Below, piece by piece: positions 25,521 through 37,952 of a stretch of DNA of 64,000 nt. The position numbers and the translations under genes are program-made. Origin of the DNA: Convolutriloba macropyga (lineage: Eukaryota); contig NC_134472.1 of assembly GCF_964194025.1 (NCBI RefSeq), positions 51,336,001 to 51,400,000 of the forward strand. The letters are read 5' to 3'. Under the pieces are notes generated by a model that was given only the letters and a program-made list of their open reading frames with translations, did no database searches and was not told the origin of the DNA. The first letter of the stretch is position 1. Each line of letters starts with the position of its first letter.

Positions 25521-26731
25521 GCCAAAAATCAGTTTTCAGGCCACTAAAGTCATAATCTAATAGTTGACCAAAGAATTGCATATATTTATATGTATCTTTC
25601 TCAAATGCTGCTGGGACCAATCTTTAGTGTGTTTTTGCGAGAAAACACTAAAAAAACGACATTGAGCAACTATACCAAATCTCAGAAAAAGTGAAAACCA
25701 GTAGAACCAAAGCCAGAAACTACTAGTTTAAACATAAAATAGCTATTCAGATTGAAATTTGAACATCATATTACTACAGAAGCAATCTGTCAATTAAGAG
25801 ACTCAGCTACAAAGTGACGTCAACAAGATTTAAAAGGGACAATGTTCCAACTATCACCAATTTTTTCAAAGCACAGATATTCAAAGCCAGGAGAACGATT
25901 AGCAATGAACTGCAATCCCTAAAGAACTTCATTCGTATTCAATAGCAAGCAATTGAGACTAAATGTTTTGCCAGAAATTTGTATCGAAGCTTACAAAACC
26001 ACAAAAGTTAAATTTGCTTAATTTGCACCTGAATTTAACCTATTTTCTGGTGACCTGCTTTTAATATAAAAACATCGAATAAGGACCTCAGAATGGCAAA
26101 GGCCCAAAAACAATAAAAAAAGAAAAACTATTCCTCTGAAGACAAAAACCTATTAAGTTTTAAATTTTCATTGACTGGAAAAAATTGGAAACTTAAGTTG
26201 AGATTGGTTTAAGACTGAGCTACAAATAAGCTACAATTGAATTGACCGAAAAGATAAAGGAAAAAAAAACAAGTTGTTTAAAATACAAAAAAGCTTATCA
26301 AAAAAAGAATAAATTATACGTTAACTTGTAGCTCTATAAGATGACGCCAAGGGAAACTCCAACCAGCGGGAATAGCTCATATAATTCTAAAATAACAATA
26401 AAATAAAGGACTAATGCAAAACAACTAAAAATCAAAAAGAAATTACGAGCACACAGTGTTCAAGTCATTAAAAAAATTATATTCAAATTACCTTATTTGT
26501 ACGTGAACAAGACTTGTCGTTAATTGAACAAAATTTTGATTTCATTCTATCATAATAAATTTTTGATAATTAACATCAATGAAACAAAAAAGCCGAAAAA
26601 ACATAATTTCCTAACTATGAATTAATTTTTTTGTGAAAACGTTCTATTAGGGTAAATTTAGACATGGATCTTGCCGTTCTTTTTCAGGATTAATTAATAG
26701 TTCCAACTGTTAGCGAAAAATATAGTTTGAC

Positions 26732-26801
26732 AAAATAATAATAATAAATTATCATTTTTTATGTCGGTATATCAAAAATGATAATTTATTATTATTATTT
26801 T
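26732..26801. repeat. Perfect 28-bp inverted repeat with 14-nt spacer
   Basis: AAAATAATAATAATAAATTATCATTTTT (26732-26759) / AAAAATGATAATTTATTATTATTATTTT (26774-26801). Confidence 0.95.
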
Positions 26802-29461
26802 TGGATAAAAAAGAGTTGTATTAGAAAAAATATTCAAATTTGCATTTCCAGAAAACTCTATTAGGAATTGGAGGTTAAACCTCTTTAGAGTGCGTGAACA
26901 TTGTTTCAGCAGTTCTTCGCTTTCTTATTTCGTCAAAAATATATAAATTTTACAATAGAAGCTTTATCAGCGCATTTTGGATGTAAGAATTCTAAATGTT
27001 TCCTAAATTTTGGCCAAAACTTTGTATAAAAAACTGCGGCAACACTAGTTTTTCAGAGAAAATAGAAACGCGGCTTGCAGAAACTTCCACGAGGCCTTTC
27101 ATTAGGGACCTTTCTTTTACACATATAATGTATATTTTTAAACTAAGTCAAGTTAGATTTAAATTTTAAAACTCAAATGTAATTCTATTGTCTGAGATAA
27201 ATCACGAGATAATCAAAGACTAATACTACAATTTGCATAAAAATGATTTTTAGAGGGTGTTAAAAATGACGTAAACGCCGTACATGTGATGAAGTTGTCA
27301 TTCAGAGCAATTGACTTTTCCAGCTTTGCTCGATGAAAAAATTTAAAAAAATTACAATGCATCAGACGACGAAACAAAAAAATAGCAAGCACGACCTTAA
27401 ATACGACTCAAACAGTTTATTTTAGTTCAATCTGAAAACTATTGATTTTGATCTGAATTTTTTTGTACTACAAATTAATATCAAAATAAGACATGCGCAA
27501 GATTGATTTAAAAAAACTGAAAGCAATGAGAAAAATTTATTACAAACGTTTTTGTTCTAAAAATACTAAAAACGACAACAATTTTTCAAATTATTGGCTA
27601 TAGTAAAAACCAACACAAAAACATAAGCAAAAAAATTGGAGAAATTTGCAAATCCAGAATATCTTTGAAAACCAGCGGATTCAAACTAAGAGAACCCAAT
27701 AAATTCAAGCAAAAACTCCTAGGAACAACTGATCATGAGAGGTCGGCAGTCATAAACACTTTTATCAGTTTTGATGGCTGGAAAAGAGACAGAAAAAACT
27801 AAAAATGAAGAAAAACTTCACAAATCTATCCGAAGTTTTTGACATTTAGAAGATAAACGATATTTTGGTCAATAAAAATGTTCTTTGAATATACACCAAA
27901 ACATTTACCAAAATTACAAGTGGCCATACAAGATGGTCACTTTGACTAATTATGTTACCGTAATATTCTAAAACAGACAATGGAAAGTGCCACTAATGAG
28001 GTTGAGGGATGAGACATCAATAACTCTAACAAAAACCAGCAAAACTCAGCAGTTCAATGAAAAGTTTAAACGAGCAGCGTATAAGTCAAAAAAAAGCTAG
28101 ATGTGAGTTGAGAAGAGTATTTTTAAAATTTTAAGCATCCTTATCAATTGATAAGACTTGTGATTAACAAGACTAAACAACTAGAAATCAATAGAAACTC
28201 TCTAAAATTAGAAATTTGTTAAGATTTCTTCAGAAAATTTAGTGTCATAGAAAGCATTAATTTGAACCGAAGCAACTGATCCAGTTAAAATAATCCGACT
28301 CAGCAGCACATGAGACCTTTTTTTACTGATATCCCAAATATCCCAAACACTCCCAAATTTCTAAATTTCGTTTAAATTTTTTGAGATTCACTTGCAAAGG
28401 ACTTGAATTGTTAATCAGATTTATGTATGGCACATTAGCAATCAAAAAGTCCTGTTATCAATGATGCTACTTGATCAGACTACAGAAATAACAAAATGTA
28501 GCGAAAAGTTCAAAATTCAACTATTGTGTTATGACAACTAATAGCGTCGATTTAATAAAAAGCATTCGCTGAACGTTAAAAACTTCACTCAATTGCAAAT
28601 AATTGCAGTTTGAATGCAAAATCATCGTATTGATAGCACTCATTTGACAAAAAGGCCAAAAATATAAGTCATACTGCCCCACTTGAACAAAAACTCGCTT
28701 TCAGAAACGAAAACTTTCTTCAAATAACTTTTCGGACTTAACTTTGCAGCTTCTTTGAAAAAATCCTACTTTAAAACTGCTCTTTTTCTCGCTCTTCTGA
28801 CATCTGCGACCTGATTAAGAAAGCCATTCTAATTTCACTTCTCACTGACATGAAAATGCTGAAAAAAGGGAACAGATGTTTAAAATAAGAGAGCACACCA
28901 GTACAATTCAAATAGTTTCTTAAAAAAACCACGAACACCGCAAAGTAGATACACTCAATTTAGAACTTCGTAGCTTTAAAAAAACATTAATAACACTTTA
29001 TGAAAATTGGCAGCAAAACTTGCAAAAAAATAGCAAAAAACCGGAAATGTGAATAAACATCAGCCAAGTGTTCACTAAACTAAAAATCTCTATAACTCCA
29101 TGTATGAAGCTAAATTTTAAAAAAATAATTCTATTTCCTTTGCTGGACGGGCTTCCTAAAATTACCACTTATAGCCTTCCACAATAAAAAATTGATCGGT
29201 CGGAATTGGCTGAACAAAGAAACGTTTGAGTATATAGTTCCAACCCAACAAAGTGCATCTTTACAAAAAATGGAGGCTGTGTTTAGCTTACGTTTATTTT
29301 GAAGGCTTATTTTCCTTTTTGTAAAAACAAACAATTTCATACTGATCATTGTTGAAGCCAAATTCTGAGGTTCTACAATGGAATAGTCTATTCAAACAAT
29401 ATGGAGGGAACGTGAAAAAAGTTTTAAAAATACGTTAAATATAGCACCAAAGTGAACCCAT

Positions 29462-29540
29462 CGAAGTCTGATGAGCTAATAAAGAGCGCCTTGTTAGCAA
29501 AATAGATTGTGAGAATTGATTTATCTATAGTTTTTTTTCG
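29462..29540 (+). ncRNA. Degenerate type I hammerhead ribozyme-like motif (G12A)
   Basis: CTGATGA 29468-29474; 8-bp stem II GCTAATAA/TTGTTAGC; AAAA in place of GAAA; stem III ATAGAT/ATCTAT; UA cleavage-site position 29528-29529; weak stem I. Confidence 0.4.
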
Positions 29541-29549
29541 CTCATTTAT

Positions 29550-32500
29550 TTCTGAACTATTTTCCTAATACCATGGATGGTGAATATTTTGAGTTTTTTT
29601 TAATCGTTTTTTTTAAACATGACTCCCGATTTTTTGTAATGCAATATATGCAATTTATTAATTATTTCAGGAAATTGCAGCCCTCCTGAATTTTGCTGCA
29701 TGTGGCAAGAGCGTTATTTAAAAGTTCGTTTATAAACACTTTATTGAGATTTTAGGGTCTTGTGGAGTGCTGTTGATTTGAAAACAAAATTAAAAAACTC
29801 CTTTATATGTAGATCTATGAAAGGCTTTAAAAAATCTCAAACATCCTATTTTACCTTTGTTGGAAATATAAAAATATCGGGTAGTAATGTTTTTCAATTA
29901 ATTTTCCGAACTTCTAGATCAAACGTCTGTTCACTTGTTAGGTAAGGTCCTAGGATTTCAACCTTGCTAGACTCAGCGGGAACTTTGCCGTCAACAGATG
30001 CATTTTAACTAGTTTTCCAAAAGTTACCATTTGAGTTTTGGAAGAATTGAGAACTAAATTGTTCTCTGGATACCGTGAAGTGGTTTATTACTTTCGCTAC
30101 TAAAGCATCCCTGCAAATTTTTTCGAATTGGAACTGTACAGTAAAATTGTATCATCAGGAAAAAAGTATGGTACAATCCCGTAAAATATCCACAGAGACT
30201 AGCAGGCTTGATTCCGAAAAAAAATCAGAAAAGGTCCCAGGCCTGATTCAGAGTCTGATCATGTCAAATACAAGAGAACACTCCAGGTTCGATCTCTGAA
30301 ATTAATATTGACAGAGAGAAATCAAGACTTGGGGGTCTCTGCCCAGAGAAATTCCAAGTCTTGGGTCTCTCTGCTAAGCAAAGGTCCAAATGTTGGGTCA
30401 CTCTGTGAAGAGTACAATCAAAACTTGGTAACCTCTTGGCAGACAAGACGCAAGACGTGGGATTTCACTTGGCAGAAAGGATCCAAGACTTGATTTTTTC
30501 TTGACAGAGGGTTAGATTGGTGCAATTTTCTAGGTTAATGGGCACTTTTAACATAAGTTTGAGCGCCCTGATGTAAAAAAAGCACCAATTATGATTATGA
30601 ATGCAATTAAAACTATGTTTGTGGCTTTTGCTAAGGTATGGTCACCTTTTCAAGTCCTCAGAGGTCTTTAAAAACACAAATTCAGTACTCACTGTTGACG
30701 AGAAATGAAGAGCTATGGCTGAAAAAATCATTACAATGCCAAACATTAAAAAATTACGTAAAACCTCATCCTGAAGCAAAAAGAATTGAATTGGAATTCA
30801 AGGGTATATGGGAAATTTGATTTGTAGTATTTGATTATGTTTCATCTACCTAACCCGCAAACGTTTTGTTTTTCTTTTGAACTTCAATTTACAGGTAATC
30901 TTTTGTTGAGACATAGTACATAAGCAGGGGTCTTAATTGGAAATAAAACACTCAGTTTTTACTTCTATTACATTACAGGGACATTTTGTAAATGAGTTAA
31001 CGTGAAGAGAAGAAACGGATTCTAAGGCGTGGCAGAGAAACCCAAGACTTGGATTTTCTCTGCCCAGAGAGGCCCTAAGTCTTCGGGTGAAGTTCACGAA
31101 TTTCCAACGCAAATGATTTTTTTGACAGAAAACCTGTAATTGTGTGCCAAATTTGTAAGAGAGTTTCCCTCATTAAATGAAAACATCGGATCGTCATGAT
31201 ATCAATATTAACTCTGCTCAGAAAAACCCAAGTCTTGGCCTCTCTCTGCCCAGAGAGTTCTCAAATCTTAGCTCCACTACCCAAGTCTTGGCATCTCTCT
31301 GCCAAGACTTGGCCTCTGGAAAAATCTACCGTACACGATGGCAGCCAGCCCATCATGAGCAGCTATCATCAACCAGGCCATCGTGTTATCTATTTGAGAT
31401 GTATTAACAAACAATTTAAGGGCAACGCCTCGACTCTTTTTTTTTCTATTTTGGTTTAAAGTTCTTATGATCTGTGACATCAAAGTCTTCCTTCTTGTTA
31501 CTTGGCACGCAACCGCATAACCTAATTTTCGCAAATATTAAGCTTTTAGTTATTTTGATAAGAACATCCGTAGTCAAAACGTTAGGTTGAAATCCGAATT
31601 GTTTTCATATGAAATTTTTGATTAAAAAGGAAACTTTTGAAGTCCATTGTACATGGACCTCCCAATTTTTTGGAAAAGACGGCAACAAAGAGATAGTTCC
31701 TTAGCTTATAGCAATTTGAATTGCACTGAAATTTGTAAGGAAGTAAGTTTAGCAAAATTTAGACACTCTGGGAATGAGTTTTGCGAATGAGTTCTTCATG
31801 ATAAGAGATAGTGGCCAAGCAATGAAATGGGTACAATTTTTATGTAAACTAAGTGGAACTTCATCAATGTCAGTTGCTCGTCTCGTATTTGTATTACATA
31901 TCAATTTTTATACCTGAAATACTATCTCAATCATATGAAAAAAAGTTCTGTCATCGACTGGAATAATTATATTGCGGCAACTATCAATAGACGAAAAAAA
32001 ATCACTGAATTTTTCGGCACATTCATATAATCATTATAAAAAGCGAGGTTCACTTGAGCAACGGCTCAGCACCTGACCGCGTTTTTGTCCCTTAAGTTTT
32101 ATAAAGTTGCTAACGAATAATCTCTATTAAGTGAAATAATGAGTCTTTTGTTAGTTTAAAGTTCTTTCTTTTTGTATTTGACGGTATTAAAAATTTCAAT
32201 CCGTAACCGGGCGTATTTACACAGTTTCAGTTCTTTTGGACACGCTTTGAAAGATTGTACTCCAAAATAACTCATCCCATTTTCAGGAATCTTATCAAAT
32301 CATTAACTAGACTGACTTAGAGTTCCAACTACTGACACAATAGGCTATTTGTAATTGCTTTCTTTCATTATCATTTTGAATTCAGTGAAGAAAATTGAAA
32401 TAGAGTCGGTTAAAGTTCAAAACTTTAGTTTCGTTTCAATTGTTCCTAAAAATTAACTCAATGTATTAGTGTTTTTAAAGAACAACAAATGTGCCTCTTG

Positions 32501-33030
32501 ATGCTCGGAAGGCAATTTTCTTTCTGGCCATGGAAAGTGAAATCTATTGTACAAAAAACGGAAATGTCAATATTTTCAATGGAACAGTTCATGTTTTTTT
32601 AAGCGTTCATTACGTAAGACATGTTCAAATAAGTGAGTTTTTGATTTTTTTGAGTTGTTAATTTGTACATTGGACTAGTCCATTTTGGGATTTAATAGCT
32701 TTATAATCCAAGACTAGGTTTTCCGTTTGTATAATTGATGCATTGAAATCGCTTTTATGCAGAATTGGATAGCTATATATCCTTGTTATTAGTCAGATCT
32801 TTCATGAAAATAAAATGCACAATCTCCGCCAGTTATACTAGACTGTTCATAAACACTTGCTATTATACAATTATAAATATGGAGACAATTTACCGCTTTT
32901 ACCTACATATGCATTCTGTCTTTCCTCAATCCCGTTAAATGAAATACTGTTGTGAATATCTAAAGCACCTCCGTTATATTTGCTGATAATGCTTGATTTA
33001 TAAATATTAAAATACTGGTTCTTACCTATT
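29550..33030 (-). mobile_element. Old, heavily decayed CR1/L2-type LINE ORF2 (EN+RT), interrupted at ~30180-31330
   Basis: Manual minus-strand motifs in the correct order: NGGALDIHNSISF, IIASVYEQS, IKSDFN (APE endonuclease, ~32550-32990); RATDIDEVP...IAWPLSLI, ECLNFAKLTSL, TISLLPSF, FGFQPN..TTDVL, FDVTDHK, RGVALKL (RT, ~31400-31880); ENNLVLNSSKTQMVTF, VEILG (~29940-30070). Confidence 0.7.
30179..31331. mobile_element. Non-autonomous DNA element with 32-bp-period CCAAGWCTTGG subterminal repeats, inserted in the old LINE
   Basis: Cores at 30322, 30354, 30386, 30418, 30450, 30483 and 31042, 31075, 31228, 31261, 31281, 31302; splits the LINE RT; exact termini uncertain. Confidence 0.6.
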
Positions 33031-33086
33031 ATACACCACCCCAAAGCACCAGATTAGTGATCAGATAACCGACAGCCCCCCCCCCG

Positions 33087-34211
33087 TTATGGGACTCTCA
33101 TTGAGACCGAAAACCAATCCCGACTACTCATTGGCAGGGAGGTGCTGGTGGGCAAGAAGAAGAATGCGGGCTGGTTCGAGACACTAGCTGGCGAGAAACT
33201 GAGATTGAAAAGTTCAGCGGAGGCTGAGCTTGTGACAGTTAGCAGCGACGAGAGGTCAGTGGTTGCTGATCTAGTGTCTACGGCGAGTAACAGATCATCT
33301 GCGGTCTCTGATGACGAGAGTTGTGTATGTTCAGGTTGTAAACGTCGCTTCGACAATGCAAGAGGCTGCAAAGTGCATGAAGCCAGATTCTGCAAGTCTA
33401 AGAATTCGAAGAGTGTCAAAGACTGCGCGTCAAAGTTTGTTGGACTAGAGAAAACCCTCATTTGTCAGAAGTGCACTAGGAAATTCGCGACAGTGAAAGG
33501 GCGACGAATTCACGAGTCACGATGTTGCGGCAGAGAAAAGGCTGGAAGATCTCGCATTTTCTTCTGCAATTTCCTCGATCGAGATGGAGTGGAATTCGAA
33601 AATGTAGACGCTTTCAAATGTCTCGGTTCTTTCGTGAGCTTGCAACCTGGTGACCTAAAGGAAATCAGTGTCAAGCTGGCCGAAGGGAGACAGCGATTTG
33701 CGAGCTTTGAGAAGCTTTGGAAGAGCAAACAACTTAGTATTCCCCTCAAATGCAAGTTATACAGAGCTCTTGTGTTATCAGTGGTCTTATATAGCTCTGA
33801 AACGTGGATCATGAATAAATCAACGCAACGGAAACTTGAGAGCTTTCACACCAGTTGTCTGCGAAGGATACCATGTTTTTCATATATGGAGAGGGTGACA
33901 AATGAAGAAGTACTGGCTAGATCACGTATGTCGACACTTTCTGCAATGATCATGATTAAACGGTTGAAATAGTTTCGCCATGTCTTGAGGATGAATGACG
34001 ATCGTCTAGCGCTTCGAGCCTTCACCTGGGAGCCGACAGAATAATATCGTTATGCTAAACGAGCTCCAGGGGGTCAACGCAAGACGTGGCTGGACCAACT
34101 TGAAGAAGATTGCTCAAGGATCAACATGAGCTACATCACGTAACGACAAAAAACGAAAAAAGAGTCTAAATCCCGCTTCAACAGTTTTGTCGAACAGCAT
34201 TTCCTGGATTA
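33087..34211 (+). mobile_element. Internally deleted RTE-like non-LTR retrotransposon with two N-terminal zinc fingers
   Basis: ORF 33142-33972: CSGC...HEARFC and CQKC...HESRCC, followed by the RTE RT C-terminus (VDAFKCLGS, LWKSKQLSIPLKCKLYRALVLSVVLYSSETW, FHTSCLRRI, RVTNEEVL); frame continues past stops as HVLRMNDDRL...RAPGGQRKTWLDQLEEDC. Confidence 0.85.
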
Positions 34212-34293
34212 AACAAACGCAAATAAGCTCAAACTTATATGCATTCTGTTAACTTGTTTGTACTTATTGTCATTGTTCCTTTATTTCGTTATG

Positions 34294-34666
34294 NNNNNNN
34301 NNNNNNNNNNNNNNNNNNNNNNNNNNNNNNNNNNNNNNNNNNNNNNNNNNNNNNNNNNNNNNNNNNNNNNNNNNNNNNNNNNNNNNNNNNNNNNNNNNNN
34401 NNNNNNNNNNNNNNNNNNNNNNNNNNNNNNNNNNNNNNNNNNNNNNNNNNNNNNNNNNNNNNNNNNNNNNNNNNNNNNNNNNNNNNNNNNNNNNNNNNNN
34501 NNNNNNNNNNNNNNNNNNNNNNNNNNNNNNNNNNNNNNNNNNNNNNNNNNNNNNNNNNNNNNNNNNNNNNNNNNNNNNNNNNNNNNNNNNNNNNNNNNNN
34601 NNNNNNNNNNNNNNNNNNNNNNNNNNNNNNNNNNNNNNNNNNNNNNNNNNNNNNNNNNNNNNNNNN
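34294..34666. other. Assembly gap
   Basis: Run of N. Confidence 1.
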
Positions 34667-34799
34667 CACTAGGGTTGACATCACTTTATTGGTTGGCTAA
34701 TTTGACCTTCTGCACTGGATTGCAGCTGTTGCAGTTGCACAAAAATGTCCACGTACAAGAATTGAATTCAGAGTAAAGTCTAGAGAAATACTTCCAGTA

Positions 34800-36240
34800 T
34801 AATTCGGTTAATCGTTTTTTGCTTAAGCTTTCAATAGCTAAATTTGTGATGTTACAGATAATATTTAAAAGTTGACTAGGACGCCTCCAGAAATTTTCAT
34901 CTGCTTTTTTCGTTGTTGTTTGGTTAATGTTTATTAGCTGAAATTGTCTGGTATTTGGTTGATCATCACAGTTTTTGTTACTAGTAATTGGAGTATTGAT
35001 ATTGTAATTTCCTGAGAGAAAAGCGATTTAAAAAAGTAGATCGTGAAATTCTATATATAAGGAGAGAGGAAGTAAATAGAGCTTTCCAAGCCTCTTCTTG
35101 TAATTCAATTCCCAGTTGTTTAGGCTCCAACTGGTAGCTTTCTTTTGAACGCTCTCAATCTCTTCCGTCTCCGTTTTGTTAGCGAACCAGGCTTGAGTTG
35201 CATATGTAACTATTGTTACGACATATCCTGCGTACGCATTGAGTTTTGCGCTTAGTTTTGGTGGACGTTGAAGTGTTTCTGATTAAGAAATAGAACGCTT
35301 TCAGTGCCTTTGAGCTTATTTTTTCAACATTAGGTTTCCAGTTCAGCTTTGGCGTCAATGTAATGCCTAGATCTTTTTGCTCGTTTTGGTAAAATGAAAT
35401 TTTGTTGTTTACACCTAACTTGGGTTGGTTTTGACTTTTGATTGGTAAGATATAACACTTATTTTCGATTACTGTCATTTTATTGTTTAAACACCATTAG
35501 GATTTGTTTATATCGTATTGCATGTTTTCACTATTCGTTGCAACAAGCTTGAAATCGTCTGCATAACCAAAGGTTTCACACTTAGTTACTTGTAGAGGAG
35601 GATCGTTAACACAATTGATGAAAAAGAGGACCTAGAAGTGATCCTTGTGGAACACCACTTGTTACTTGCACTGTTTCAGAGTTAAAATCCTTAAGCTTTT
35701 CTTATTGTTTTCTTTTACCTAAGTAGTTGGCAATAATTTTCAAGAAGTTACCGCCAAGCCTAGCTTTTCAATTTTCTGTCCAGATACAGAACCAAAAGTT
35801 CTTCATTACCACCAAATTTGTTGTAGAGGAACAGCAACATCTGTGTTACCACAGACCTGTGTCTTCGAAAACCATGTTGTGCATTGTGTAGTGTCGTTTT
35901 TACAATGTCATACAGTTCATTAAATATAACTTTTTCGAAAACCTTTGATGTGTTGCAGAGAAGGCTTATAGGTCTGTATTGCTTCACGTCTGCTCTGTCT
36001 TCGTCTTTAAAGACGTGAATAACTTCACTTATTTTCCAAAACGATGGAAAATAACCTTTCGATAGCGCAGCCTTAAACACTATCAGTAAGGATTTCGAGA
36101 GGGCAGGCAGGTTTTTGAGCACAAGATTACCTATGTTGTCCGGGCCGCTTGCTTTTTCTAAGTCATTATCTCAGGGTGGCTAAGATGATTGTTCCTTTAT
36201 ATTAGAAAAAAAATGATGTTCGTTGGCATCAATTTGTTCT
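34800..36240 (-). mobile_element. 5'-truncated CR1/Jockey-type LINE (RT and C-terminus), frameshifted
   Basis: KASGPDN, QYRPISLL, QHGFR, GVPQGSLLG, GYADDFK (~35550-35570), QKDLGITLTPKLNW. Confidence 0.9.
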
Positions 36241-36619
36241 GTTAATAAGTTATTATATAGAGCATTCACAGCAAATCCCTTTCTGCAATCTTACGGTTGT
36301 TCAATGCGTCAAAGTGAAGGTGTCGCGAAGATATATATACTATGTATTGCTCCATCACTGTAACACTTTCACTAATGACATCTTCGATTAGTTGTACAGA
36401 GGAAGACCTGGGTCTTAAAGAGTTTCCATTATTGCTGTCGAAGAGTTTTTGAAGCATTTTTAGTCTTTTTTACCTAATGGACGGAACATTGAACCCACAC
36501 TACGAAACATCACAACAGAGTTTTTAAATTTACCGCAAAAACACATTGTAATTTAAAGTTATCTCAACATGCTAGGCTCTAGGAGCAGCGTCCGAAGGTT
36601 TAAATAATACTATGCTAAT

Positions 36620-37130
36620 TAGGAATGTAGTCTCCCCTTCCGCACAGCACTATAAGTTTTATTTACCTCAGATACACATTTAGTACCACGACAGCCTCTG
36701 AGACAGGTAATTGCGCTGCATAGGAGTGCGAAACTTATTTTCGTTCGAATGAATGTTATTGCGTCCAAGTATGTGTCGTCTTTTATTTCCAGAGATTTTT
36801 GTTGCCAGTTGCTTTTTACTGCGTTTTGCAGAGGACCCTACCCCTTCCATGCAGAAAAACACGAGGGGAACAAAAATTCTTTTTTATTTCCAAATTTCGT
36901 TGTCCATATTTTAGATTTTAAATTGCCTCGTGTTATTTGTAGGCTTCCTTGGCTTCTTTTGGGTATGGCTTTGCAAACGGATTAAAAATTTTCACGTCAA
37001 AGTCAGTTCTGGTGAATCTAGACCCGTTTGCTTTGATATCAAGTCGAGCGTTTCTGATCGCCTTTTTTAGCCTTTGGTTCGACTCATGGGGATTTGAGTG
37101 ATGCCAATTGCTATCTCATTCTCAATTCTA
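36620..37130 (-). mobile_element. 3' fragment of a CRE-clade non-LTR retrotransposon (restriction-like endonuclease domain), decayed
   Basis: Manual translation: NARLDIKANG..TDFDVKIFNPFAK..AYKxHE..KYGQR..KQLATKIS..YLDAITFIRTKISFALLCSAITCLRGCR, matching the CRE-type RLE/C-terminal pattern. Confidence 0.8.
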
Positions 37131-37626
37131 ATAAGCTGAACTCAATTGACAGTAGATGGTTTGTATACACTGGCATGTACTTATGAGGACAAACAAAGGA
37201 CAATGATATCTGGAAAACAATTTAATGATGATGAACTGGCGGCAGTTTAGTTTATTTGGAGAATATTAAATTTGCTTGTATCTTAGGGAAATTGCAGCAA
37301 ATGGCGAAGGACGGCGTACGCTTGTAAGACGGAAGGACCATCACCTCTATTACATTGACTTGCATAGACACAAATCATGGTCTCTGAAAGGTTCTGTGAA
37401 TGGTTCATTCTTGTCTTCCAGCGAAAATCATAATTCAACAGTTTAAATTTGCAGACGAACATTTTCTGCTACGTCATATTTGTATTCATAGTTGAAAGAT
37501 GATCTATTATTGTCGACTGACTTGTAATGCTTTGTATATGATTGCTACTATTTCGTCATATTTGAAAATAGTTACTTAGATTGATGATCATTTGCGTGAT
37601 ATGATACTGGTTTTCAGATAATTTAG

Positions 37627-37750
37627 ATGGCTAAAACTTATGATCAGTTATATAAGCTGCTTTTGATCGGTGACTCAGGAGTAGGGAAAACATCTTTGCT
37701 CTTTAGATTCGCAGAGGATGCGTTTAATGCGACTTTCATTTCGACCATTG
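37627..37750 (+). CDS. RAB8: Rab8 small GTPase, coding exon 1
   Basis: [42 protein letters not shown]; G|GTGAGT donor. Confidence 0.95.
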
Positions 37751-37952
37751 GTGAGTATATATAATATCTTTTTGGCTATGACAGTTTTCTTTGGACACTT
37801 CAATGAACACGACAAAAGTGGCTAGTGTAAATACGGATTATAATTGTTTTAATCCAGGACTTAAAAAGGGTGCAAACCCCAGGCAAATTGCTTCAATTCT
37901 ATCCTAAGACTACTAAAGATTGTTTAAATTTTTAACATTGTTTCTTTGCTAG

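Noticed and set aside
27400-28700. Possible very old plus-strand LINE remnant (EATDPVKI, SDYR)
   Set aside because: Motifs too degraded to support by eye.
30310-30505. Regularly spaced palindromic repeats resembling a CRISPR array (also 18013-18175)
   Set aside because: Spacers are homologous to each other, the period is only 31-32 bp, there are no cas genes and the context is eukaryotic.
33035-33160. HDV-like ribozyme at the RTE 5' end
   Set aside because: Could not place the P3/L3/P1.1 core; only generic pairing potential.
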